A stretch of DNA of 64,000 nt, taken from NCBI RefSeq assembly GCF_002113885.1, contig NW_018408884.1, positions 837,616-901,615 of the forward strand, read 5' to 3'. The DNA is from Mizuhopecten yessoensis (Eukaryota). Shown in pieces: positions 25,447 through 38,700 of this stretch. Position numbers and translations under genes: made by a program. The notes beneath the pieces are model-generated. The model ran no database searches, was not told the origin of the DNA, and saw only the letters and a list, made by a program, of their open reading frames with translations. Within the stretch, counting starts at the first letter, position 1; each line of letters begins with the position of its first letter.

Positions 25447-25888
25447 CCCCCTCCCATTACTCCTAATCATGAGCTACGTCAAGTTATCTCCCCATTGACT
25501 ATCCCCTCCAATCACTCCTAATCATGAGCTACGTTAAGTTGTCTCCCCTTTGACTATCCCCTCCCATTACTCCTAACCATGAGCTACGTCAAGTTATCTC
25601 CCCTTTGAATATCCCCTCCCATTACTCCTAATCATGAGCTACGTCAAGTTATCTCCCCTTTGACTATCCCCTCCAATCACTCCTAATCATGAGCTACGTC
25701 AAGTTGTCTCCCCTTTGACTATCCCCTCCCATTACTCCTAACCATGAGCTACGTCAAGTTATCTCCCCTTTGACTATCCCCTCCCATTACTCCTAATCAT
25801 GAGCTACGTCAAGTTATCTCCCCTTTGAATATCCCCTCCCATTACTCCTAATCATGAGCTACATCAAGTTATCTCCCCTTTGACTATT
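25447..25888. repeat. Minisatellite, ~55-bp unit, ~8 copies
   Basis: CCCTCCCATTACTCCTAATCATGAGCTACGTCAAGTTATCTCCCCTTTGACTATC repeated. Confidence 0.93.
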
Positions 25889-26712
25889 TCTACGTAAGTT
25901 CGCGTTTGCGTATCCCAGTTGAAACGGTTCAGGTGGCACAGAAATATTCCATGATAAACGAACAAACTTGGCCCGAACTATAGACAGAGCTAAAAATACA
26001 GTTATGGTAAATAAATAACAATATATTGAGAATATCATATTCTTCTTTAACGCGTCCACTTAATCATATAATGTATCTTAAAATCCACATGTGGATTGAC
26101 CTTGTTTTAAAAAGAAATAATGCAATCTAGCAATAGTCAGCATTTTAGTTTCGGTCAGGCACATCTGTACCCCTCAGTCTACACATGCTGAATACTCCCG
26201 AGGTCAGCCTCGGTTCAGATCTGCGCCTGTTGTTTTCTTTCAGGTTCAACTGTTTCAACCGGTTGAACCGCATATGCAAAAGGGGCCTTACTCACTGGAT
26301 TTTTTAATACAACAGCCCCGATCACTGATTGATGTCCAGTTATCTCCCCTTAGACTATTGGTAACACACTCATTAGTCTGGTATTAGTAGCTGGAATCTC
26401 TTTCAAGAATCACCACCTCCCTGTCAAGTTATCTAACTCATCTGTCCCTCAAGTTGTTAACCCATTTAAGTCATCTGTCGCTCAATTTAACAAAACTTAT
26501 ATATTCAAGTTATTAGTCGCTCATATTGTTTGAGGTAAATTTGAGTACACCTGGAAACTTGATTTTCCTCCACAGTTCTCTTGAGTGAGATTCCAAACTA
26601 CAGAAATATCACAACACATGGGCAGGACTGTCCTCATCAGCACAACGACATGAGATATGGATGATGTCCCTTTACAAGTTAAGAACAACGCTCTCCTGTC
26701 AATATCCCTGCT

Positions 26713-29700
26713 TCAAGGTGTCTCCTTGGTGGTTCCGAATTGGTTGAGTTTTTTCTTGTATTCCTCCGCCTCTTCCTCCTTCTGTTTGAGCTGCTGTTTG
26801 TAGTTCTCCGCCTGTTTCTGGATCTCCTCCAGTTGTTTACGTAGAGCGTCCTTATCTAGGCTCTCCAGACTCTCTTTGTTCTGTAATCATCAAATAAGTA
26901 AATACTGTATAGTTGCTCATTTTTTGTGGGGGTTTTAATTTCGCTACATTCACGATCACCAAAGATAGTGCGAAATTAAACACCCAGTGAATATTAACAC
27001 CATGAATAAACAGAGATAAAAGAAAAGACCTGTTTATTATATTCCTGCTGAATAACGATGACGATAAAACACCCATCAGTATCTCTCTATGTACCTCTCT
27101 AATGCTGAACATTTAAAGGTAACCAACTGGTGTCTGTGGTCATACCAATTAGGACAAGCACCAGCTTTTCTTTGTAGGCAATAGATTTACAGAATAGGGC
27201 TTAGGTATGTTTGAAAACTTATCATTATTATTATTACTACATGGTTAACAGCTCATCAACACAGGAGAAGTCACTTGGCCAACAAATGGTCGACAAAAAC
27301 CTTTAATTCTTCACCAGTTGATTATCAGCAATAAAATCCAATCAGGGCAGGAACATTCTACATGTCTGGCATACATAGGTTTCAAAGCTGCTATTCTTTT
27401 AATTGAGTAAGTTATCTAGTGCTTCACCCCAGGTAGGTTTGACCTCTGACCCAACAATGATCAATGATTTTGTTGTGTATGACTTACCTCCAGGAGTTTC
27501 TGTATGTCAACCGATGCCGAGTCCCCCTCCCCCTCGTCCGTCCGCTGACGTTTAGCTGGGGGCTCCTCTGTAAACAAACAATAATGTCTTCAGTATTATC
27601 AACAAGTGGGTTGGGGGGATGGGGGGGGGAATCCTTTAAAATTAAAATGTTGTGAAAGTTTCAATGGAGGAATCACTGTTTTTTTTCACTAAATGCTTTC
27701 ATATATGATATTTGGACAGAAGAAAATTTGAAATCATAGGGCTCAAAACACAAGGGAGCCAATCCTTTATATTTCAACACATTTATTTGATTTTCATTTT
27801 TATATGTATGAAGGTTGATGTTTTTTTCTTGAGAAATAATCAAAAGCGCTATCACTTATCTTATTGGTTATTTGTGTGGTCTTCCGTGACTGAACATTTC
27901 ATACAGGATTACCGGTGTATACCAGGCCTCTGTACAGTGACTGAACATTTCACACAGCATTAACTGTGTATACCGGGCCTCTGTACTGTGACTGAACATT
28001 TCATACAGGATTAACTGTGTATACCAGGCCTCTGTACTGTGACTGAACATTTCATACAGGACTAACTGTGTATACCTGGCCACTGTACTGTGACTGAACA
28101 TTTCATACAGGATTACCTGTGTATACCGGGCCTCTGTACTGTGACTGAACATTTCATACAGGATTAACTGTGTATACCTGGCCACTGTACTGTGACTGAA
28201 CATTTCATACAGGATTAACTGTGTATACCTGGCCTCTGTACTGTGACAGAACATTTCACACAGGATTAACTGTGTATACCAGGCCTCTGTACTGTGACTA
28301 AACATTTCATACCAGATTAACTGTGTATACCGGGCCTCTGTACTGTGACTGAACATTTCATACAGGTTTAACTGTGTATACCGGGCCTCTGTACTGTGAC
28401 TGAAGATTTCATACAGGATTAACTGTGTATACCTGGCCACTGTACTGTGACTGAACATTTCATACAGGATTACCTGGGTATACTGGGCCTCTGTACTGTG
28501 ACTGAACATTTCATACAGGATTAACTGTGTATACCGGGCCTCTGTACTGTGACTGAACATTTCATACAGGATTACCTGTGTATACCAGGACTCTGTACAG
28601 TGACTGAACATTTCATACAGGATTAACTCTGTATACCGGGCCTCTGTACTGTGACTGAACATTTCATACAGGTTTAACTGTGTATACCGGGCCTCTGTAC
28701 TGTGACTGAACATTTCATACCGGTTTAACTGTGTATACCGGGCCTCTGTACTGTGACTGAACATTTCATACAGTATTAACTGTGTATACCTGGCCACTGT
28801 ACTGTGACTGAACATTTCATACAGGTTTACCTGTGTATACCGGGCCTCTGTACTGTGACAGAACATTTCATACAGGATTAACTGTGTATACCAGGCCTCT
28901 GTACTGTGACTAAACATTTCATACAGGATTAACTGTGTATACTGGGCCTCTGTAGTGTGACTGAACATTTCATACAGGATTAACTGTGTATACCTGGCCT
29001 CTGTTCTGTGACTGAACATTTCATACAGGATTAACTGTGTATCCCAGGCCTCTGTACTGTGACTGAACATTTCATACAGGATTACCTGTGTATACCGGAC
29101 CTCTGTACTGTGACTGAACATTTCATACCAGATTACCTGTGTATACCGGGCCTCTGTACTGTGACTGAACATTTCATACAGGATTACCTGTGTATACCGG
29201 GCCTCTGTTTTATCTGGCTATCTACTTACCTGTGGTGTCGACAGTAAGAGTTGCGTCCCCTGCTCCTCCACCTGTAATCTCCTCTAGCACCGTCGTCTCC
29301 TCAGCAGTCAGCTCTGATTGGTCGTGACCAGCTACTATGGTTATAACTTTCTGAAAAATCCAATCAAAACACGAAAAATAAAAAGATTACTTTATCAAGT
29401 AAAAATCAGCTGCATTTAGAAATACATTATGTACCTGTAGAAAAGTATTGGGACACTCTACCATAACTACAAGGTCTGTACACAGTAGAAAAGTATTGGG
29501 ACACTCTACCATAACTACCAGGTCTGTACACAGTAGAAAAGTATTGGGACACTCTACCATAACTACCAGGTCTGTACACAGTAGAAAAGTATTGGGACAC
29601 TCTACCATAACTAACAGGTCTGTACACAGTAGAAAAGTATTGTGACACTCTACCATAACTACAAGGTATGTACACAGTAGAAAAGTATTGGGACACTCTA

Positions 29701-32700
29701 CCATAACTACAAGGTCTGTACACAGTAGAAAAGTATTGGGACACTCTACCATAACTACCAGGTCTGTACACAGAAGAAAAGTATTGGGACACTCTACAAT
29801 AACTACAAGGTCTGTACACAGAAAAGTATTGGGACACTCTACCATAACTACCAGGTCTGTACACAGAAGAAAAGTATTGGGGACACTCTACCATAACTAA
29901 CAGGTCTGTACACAGTAGAAAAGTATTTGGGCACTCTACCATAACTACAAGGTCTGTACACAGTAGAAAAGTATTGAGACACTCTACCATAACTACAAGG
30001 TCTGTACACAGAAGAAAAGTATTGGGGACACTCTACCATAACTAACAGGTCTGTACACAGTAGAAAAGGATTTGGGCACTCTACCATAACTACAAGGTCT
30101 GTACACAGTTGAAAAGTATTGGGACACTCTACCATAACTACCGGGTCTGTACGCAGTAGAAAAGTATTGGGACACTCTACCATAACCACAAGGTCTGTAC
30201 ACAGTAGAAAAGTATTGGGTCACTCTACCATAACTACAAGGTCTGTACACAGGAGAAAAGTATTGGGACACTCTACCATAACTACAAGGTCTGTACACAG
30301 TAGAAAAGTATTTGGACACTCTACCATAACTTCAAGGTCTGTACACAGTAGACAAGTATTGGGACACTCTACCATAACTACAAGGTCTGTACACAGTAGA
30401 AAAGTATTGGGACACTCTACCATAACTACCGGGTCTGTACACAGTAGAAAAGTATTGGGACACTCTACCCTTACTACAAGGTCTGTACACAGTAGAAAAG
30501 TATTGGGACACTCTACCATAACTACAAGGAGACAAGCCTCACCTGTTGTTCTGTTTCCAGCCCTACAGTTTCCTCTTCTATTATTTCTGTTGATTCAGCT
30601 TCCTGGAGACCTTGTTGTTTGATTAGATTCAAAGCAATCTTCCCAGCCTCTGTATAAACAGGTTTATCACATAATGTACTGGGTTATCCAGTGAATATAC
30701 CCATGTCAAAGTTGTTTGCGTATTAACCCATGTAATATATGAATTTTAAGCACTGTGATTGGATATAAATTTCAATTGTTTCAATTGTGACGTCACACCT
30801 AGGACAAATATATGACGTCATAGACTTAAACACTTGATTCAAAATGGCGGTTTGACATTTCAAGGATGCATGAAAATTGTCATTTTACACGAATGAATGC
30901 CACAAATCTTGATTGTGTGAAAAGGATCTTACACTCGTTTTCATTTCATATGAAATTTATGAAACTCGTCACAAATTTTTCATTTTAGCTTGCCAGACTT
31001 TGGCTGAATTGAAAAATTCTTCGACTCATTTTATAAATCTCACATGAAATGGAAACTCATGTAAGATCCTAAAGATATCAGGTATTTGACATGGTTACCA
31101 CACTGTACAGTTGGGATGCAAGTCCTTTCTTCAGTCACATTGTACTTTCTCTTTACAACTATTTATTATTAAGTAACCAGTTTATTTTATTTTCAAAAGT
31201 ATTCAAAACATGCTATCGACTAGGATGGTTATAACTGTCATTTCCTTTGTTGTGAGGTTAGACATCTATACAACAGCTACAGTGGCTATCGACTAGGATG
31301 GTTATAACTGTCATTTCCTTTGTTGTGAGGTTAGACATCTATACAACAGCTACAGTGGCCATTGACCAGGATGGTTATAACTGTCATTTCCTTTGTTGTG
31401 AGGTTAGACATCTATAACACAGCTACAGTGGCTATCGACTAGGATGGGTATAACTGTCATTTCCTTTGTTGTGAGGCTAGACATCTATACAACAGCTACA
31501 GTGGCCATCGACTAGGATGGTTATAACGTTCATTTCCTTTGTTGTGAGGCTAGACATCTATACAACAGCTACAGGGGCCATTGACTAGGATGGTTATAAC
31601 TGTCATTTCCTTTGTTTTGAGGCTAGACATCTATACAACAGCTACAGTGGCTATCGACTAGGAAGGCTATAACTGTCATTTCCTTTGTTGTGAGGTTAGC
31701 CATCTATAAAACAGCTACAGTGGCTATCGACTAGGAAGGCTATAACTGTCATTTCCTTTGTTGTGAGGTTAGACATCTATAAAACAGCTACAGTGGCCAT
31801 CGACTAGGATGGTTATAACTGTCATTTCCTTTGTTGTGAGGTTAGACATCTATAAAACAGCTACAGTGGCTACGGACTAGGATGGTTATAACTGTCATTT
31901 CCTTTGTTGTGAGGTTTAGACAACAACTGGTTACACTTCCATCATTTATCTATATGTATTAGCCCTAGAGAGAATATAAATAGGACCGTTTTATTTGTAA
32001 ATGTTACATACACCTTTCAAACAAAGGCAAAATGACTTTCTTGCAAAACAGTGTAGTTCCCTGTTCAGGGACTGATTTGCCTGTAATTCCCTGTTCAGGG
32101 ACTGATTTGCCTTATAATTACCTGTTCAGGGACTGATTTGCCTGTAATTACCTGTTCAGGGACTGATTTGCCTGTAATTACCTGTTCAGGGACTGATTTG
32201 CCTGTAATTACCTGTTCAGGGACTGATTTGCCTGTAATTACCTGTTCAGGGACTGATTTGCCTGTAATTACCTGTTCAGGGACTGATTTGCCTGTAATTA
32301 CCTGTTCAGGGACTGATTTGCCTGTAATTACCTGTTCAGGGACTGATTTGCCTGTAATTACCTGTTCAGGGACTGATTTGCCTGTAATTACCTGTTCAGG
32401 GACTGATTTGCCTGTAATTACCTGTTCAGGGACTGATTTGCCTGTAATTACCTGTTCAGGGACTGATTTGCCTGTAATTACCTGTTCAGGGACAGATTTG
32501 CCTGTAATTACCTGTGAGTGTGATTGTTTGTCCGCTCTCCACAGCAGAGGTGATCATTCCTCCCTCAGATGTAGTGATCATGGTGATACCCTGACTCTCC
32601 AGCCAACTCAGGGCGTCATTACTATTCACACCTAAACAAAAACCAACAACATTACTCATAGGGTACGCCAGCCAACTCAGGGCGTCATTACTATTCACAC

Positions 32701-35700
32701 CTAAACAAAAACCAACGACATTACTCATAGGGTACGCCAGCCAACTCAGGGCGTCATTACTATTCACACCTAAACAAAAACCAACAACATTACTCATAGG
32801 GTACGCCAGCCAACTCAGGGCGTCATTACTATTCACACCTAAACAAAAACCAACGACATTACTCATAGGGTACGCCAGCCAACTCAGGGCGTCATTACTA
32901 TTCACACCTAAACAAAAACCAACGACATTACTCATAGGGTACGCCAGCCAACTCAGGGCGTCATTACTATTCACACCTAAACAAAAACCAACAACATTAC
33001 TCATAGGGTACGCCAGCCAACTCAGGGCGTCATTACTATTCACACCTAAACAAAAACCAACGACATTACTCATAGGGTACGCCAGCCAACTCAGGGCGTC
33101 ATTACTATTCACACCTAAACAAAAACCAACAACATTACTCATAGGGTACGCCAGCCAACTCAGGGCGTCATTACTATTCACACCTAAACAAAAACCAACA
33201 ACATTACTCATAGGGTACGCCAGCCAACTCAGGGCGTCATTACTATTCACACCTAAACAAAAACCAACAACATTACTCATAGGGTACGCCAGCCAACTCA
33301 GGGCGTCATTACTATTCACACCTAAACAAAAACCAACAACATTACTCATAGGGTATGCCAGCCAACTCAGGGCGTCATTACTATTTACACCTAAACAAAA
33401 ACCAACAACATTACTCATAGGGTACGCCAGCCAACTCAGGGCGTCATTACTATTCACACCTAAACAAAAACCAACAACATTACTCATAGGGTATGCCAGC
33501 CAACTCAGGGCGTCATTACTATTTACACCTAAACAAAAACCAACAACATTACTCATAGGGTACGCCAGCCAACTCAGGGCGTCATTACTATTTACACCTA
33601 AACAAAAACCAACAACATTACTCATAGGGTATGCCAGCCAACTCAGGGCGTCATTACTATTCACACCTAAACAAAAACCAACGACATTACTCATAGGGGT
33701 ACAGGAGGTCTTTCTGCATGCAATCCAACCAGATATAGAATATGATAAAATCCATTAGTTCCATCCAAGTGATAATGGTTCAGTATAATATAAATAGAAT
33801 GTGTAAGACGTGAATGTCCCAGGGCCAGCTACCATACAAATTATTGACATTGTTGGACAAATTTCAATAAATAGTAATTCTTGAACTCTGAATGATGAAC
33901 TCTTTCAAGATTTCTCAAACAGATTTAGATTAAAAGAAAATTTGTATAAAGAATACTTGATATTTATATTAGTCTGATCAAACTACATTCAGAAATTAAG
34001 TTGCAACAAGGATGCTGAATTGGTTGACAAATTTCTACATAAAAGTGACTTAGTGAGCTTGTTGTTGACCGTAACCCTGAAGTATGACCACATTTGTGGT
34101 ATTCTCATACTTGACCTTTGTATAAAGTTTGATAGAAAAGTCAGTTTAGAAATGAAGATGCTAGTGATGATGATGTCTCAGGATGGAACAGGAGGTGAGG
34201 CTACAGACATGGGTAACATTGTATATCCTCACCTCCTCAATAAATGGCGAGGCATGAAAGTATAATTTTAGTTCCTCGAGGCAATCTTTTCTCATATAAT
34301 CTCATCTTCCTTAAAAACAAGTCAAATCAGCCAGAGGCTCAATCTTTACCTGTCTTGGCTAACATGTTAGATTGTGATAAAACTTGTTAACTCATAGCTA
34401 ACATGTTAGATTGTGATAAAACTTGTTAACTCATAGCTAACATGATGTTGGTTTATGATACAACCCCTTTATCTACAGCTCACACTATATTGGTTTGTGA
34501 TACGACCCCTTGATCTACAGCTCACACTATATTGGTTTATGATACGACCCCTTTATCTACAGCTCACACTATATTGGTTTATGATACGACCCCTTTATCT
34601 ACAGCTCACACTATATTGGTTTATGATACGACCCCTTTATCTACAGCTCACACTATATTGGTTTATGATACGACCCCTTTATCTACAGCTCACACTATAT
34701 TGGTTTATGATACGACCCCTTTATCTACAGCTCACACTATATTGGTTTATGATACGACCCCTTTATCTACAGCTCACACTATATTGGTTTATGATACGAC
34801 CCCTTTATCTACAGCTCACACTATATTGGTTTATGATACGACCCCTTTATCTACAGCTCACACTATATTGGTTTGTGATACGACCCCTTATCTACAGGTC
34901 ACACTATATTGGTTTATGATACGACCCCTTATCTACATGTGGTGTTTGGGTTCTTTTGCAATAGATGACGAATACCATATATCTTTGATTTAGTGGGTAT
35001 TTATTTCCCTGTAACAATATTAAAACACACATGAGACAATATACAGAAACGAACTCGCCTAACAATACATTTACATATGGACAATTCACGTTGTAACGTA
35101 CGATACTTTAAAAGACGTAAGGTTTATAAAACAATTATTTAAAGTAGCCTAGAAAACTATATATGAATATGGTTCACATAATACTTATAATACCAGTAGA
35201 CTACCCCGAAGTATAAAATCAGTGTTCAATAAGGAAAGTGTTCACTTAGTCAATAACCACACCCATAATTATATATGAGCAATTTACGGCACGTTATAGC
35301 ATTCCCAATAAATATAAATTATGGAGCATTAATATTTATCAGCATAAATATTAAGTTTAGCAATAGCTTATATATTGTATTTGACCAATAGCTTACCCTG
35401 TATGTGGTACCGGGGATCCACTAGTATAATCTGCCAGGTATGTATATTTCGTAAGTATGTATATATGGCGATGTTGCCTCTACCAGGAGCAGATAGGAAG
35501 TGAATGGAAAAGAAAGGACAGAGAAGCAAAGAAAACATTGAAGCGGGAAATATCACGCAATGCGACAGGTGTCAGAGGTCAGTTTGTCACTGGTCAAACA
35601 GGTATACAACATTCACAATTACGTCACACTCTCATACATCCCATTCAAAACGAAAGTAACACACGAGACTAGGCGACAGCGATTGCGGATGCGGAGCGCG

Positions 35701-38700
35701 GATTACGGATTAAAATCAACGACACATTGTAAGACAAAGTAATCCTAATAAGACTCAATATATTTTAGTGAATCTTTAGGAATATAAGGAATTAAAATGA
35801 ATTAACAAATCTAACCGGGTGCCACATACAGGTCACACTATATTGGTTGATGATACGACCCCTTATCTACAGCTCACACTATATTGGTTTATGATACGAC
35901 CCCTTATCTACAGCTCACACCATATTGGTTTATGATACGACCCCTTTATCTACAGCTCACACTATAATGGTTTGTGAGAGGACCCCCTTATCTATATCTC
36001 GCACTATAATGGTTTGTGAGAGGACCCCCTTATCTACAGCTCACACCATATTGATTTGTGAGAGGACCCCCATACTACCTTGTGAGGTTGTTCCCGGCGC
36101 TGTGGCTTCTGCCAGTGCTGCTAATGTTGCCAGGACAGAAGAGTTGTCTGAACTCTCTGAAAAAACAATTCAAATCATGCTTTTGGAGAAAGACAGAGGT
36201 GTTTATTTTAGTAGAAAAAAGTGTTGTTTCAAAACATAGTACTGTGGACAAGCCTACATTATTCTCAAGATTTAACATGATTGAACTATGGAACAGAAAA
36301 GGACTCTCTCATTTATAATATAGGTTTTGTCTCCTGTTCAGGTGGAGGGGTCTAAATTCATTTTGATATTTAGAGATTTTTAATAAATAATTATTACTCA
36401 GTAGTTCTTTTGCAGTTCACTAAAATAGACCAATCAAAAAAGGCTAATGAAACAGGTTTTTGACTTGTTATGTTAAGTATCCATTTGTAGGATATCACTG
36501 TGTAATTAAATTCAATTATCAAATGGTGTTCGTGAAAGATAAGTGGCCCAAATTTCTCAAAGATAAAACTTCGGACCTACTGGTAAGTCAATTTATCAGA
36601 TATTTTGTGATATTGATCCATATCTCCCACCTATAATTTGCATCGGGCCTAACCTTGAGAAATTTGTTTACCTGGCGATCTAAGGTCTTCCCTAGTGAAA
36701 AGTCACACAAGTCATTTTCATTTTTCACACATCACATGCCAACTGAACAAGGCATCACAAACAATACAAATCCCCTCGTGTGTAGGTCGAGATTTTATAG
36801 TGCACTTGGTACGTCTCACTTTAGCAACATCACGAACATTGGTCAAGGTTTTCTCACGCTTCACCACTACATGAAGCTTTATAAAACTCCAAACAGAAAT
36901 ACCAACTCATTTGAGGTATTGTCATACTTCAAGATACTTGAACAACATCATATGATTTTGATAAAAATCCAAGCAGGATAAATTTGCTAGAGCAATGATA
37001 AAAAAATTCTATAAATAGTAATGGTGACATTGAACTTGACCTTTTGACCCTGAATGACCAATATATAAAGTTTCATCAAAATCTGTGCAGGAATGAAGCT
37101 GATTTAGTGATGACAGAAAGTGAACATACGTAGACACAAACGTACCTATATCCCATCCCCTCCCTGGCTTTGTCGGGAGGGGGGGGGGGGAAAGAAAATC
37201 AGAGACATCTTTACTTACTGGGTTCTTTGGTGGTTTTGGCGATATTGTGATAGAGATTCACAGGGAGGACATCTTTGTGCCCAACTTCTGTCTGCAATGA
37301 GTCAGACGTTGTCACGGTAACTGTTTCTATGGCGTCCGCCTCAACCTCTGTTGTTTCTATGGTGACCGATTCTCCTTCCTCTAGACCCTGTATTTCTGTA
37401 TGCTATCAAAACAGTTCAAAGGAAATTCAGAGGAAAATATTGAAATTCAAACACTTAAGTTTCAATTTTTGTTTGTTAAATAAAAGTCAATTTTTAGCAG
37501 ACTTTTAAACCCTGTAGACATCTACATATATATTAAACATCTGTATATTTTAGATTTTGAGAAAGTGTAAAACTTACTAGTATATTTTTAATTGGGTAAC
37601 AAAATGGCACAGAAACAAAGTCTGACCTCAGAGTTCGTAAACACGAAGACTTGTTGTTTGTATTATGTTACATTTTGCAACAATCACATGACAATGATGA
37701 CAGGCAGTAAGAAAATAATACTTATAAAAATTTCTTTAACATCTGTGCTATGTTCCCTGTGTATCACATACCTGTGCTAACCGTAACATCTGTGCTATGT
37801 TCCCTGTGTATCACATCCCTGTGCTAACTGTAACATCTGTGCTATGTTCCCTGTGTACCACATACCTGTGCTAACTGTAACATCTGTGCTATGCTCCCTG
37901 TGTATCACATACCTGTGCTAACTGTAACATCGGTGCTATGTTCCCCGTGTATCACATACCTGTGCTCACTGTAACATTTGTGCTATGTTCCCCGTGTATC
38001 ACATACCTGTGCTCACTGTAACATTTGTGCTATGTTCCCCGTGTATCACATACCTGTGCTGACCGTAACATCTGTGCTATGTTCCCTGTGTATCACATGC
38101 CTGTGCTAACTGTAACATCTGTGCTATGTTCCATGTGTATCACATACCTGTGCTAACTGTAACATCGGTGCTATGTTCCCCGTGTATCACATACCTGTGC
38201 TAACCGTAACATCTGTGCTATCTTCCCTGTGTATCACATACCTGTGCTAACTGTATCATCTGTGCTATGTTCCCTGTGTATCACATACCTGTGGTAACTG
38301 TAACATCTGTGCTATGTTCCCTGTGTACCACATACCTGTGCTAACTGTAACATCTGTGCTATGCTCCCTGTGTATCACATACCTGTGCTAACTGTAACAC
38401 CTGTGCTATGTTCCCTGTGTATCACATACCTGTGGTAACTGTAACATCTGTGCTATGTTCCCTGTGTATCATATACCTGTGCTAACTGTAACATCTGTGC
38501 TATGTTCTCAGTGTATCACATACCTGTGCTAACTGTAACATTTGTGCTATGTTCCCCGTGTATCACATACCTGTGCTAACCGTAACATCTGTGCTATGTT
38601 CCCTGTGTATCACATACCTGTGCCAACTGTAACATCTGTGCTATGTTCCCTGTGTATCACGTACCTGTGCTAACTGTAACATCTGTGCTATGTTCACTGT

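Noticed and set aside
27868-30622. Repetitive ORFs in the two 51-bp arrays
   Set aside because: They lie within GABPB1 introns, and the flanking exons join in phase without them.
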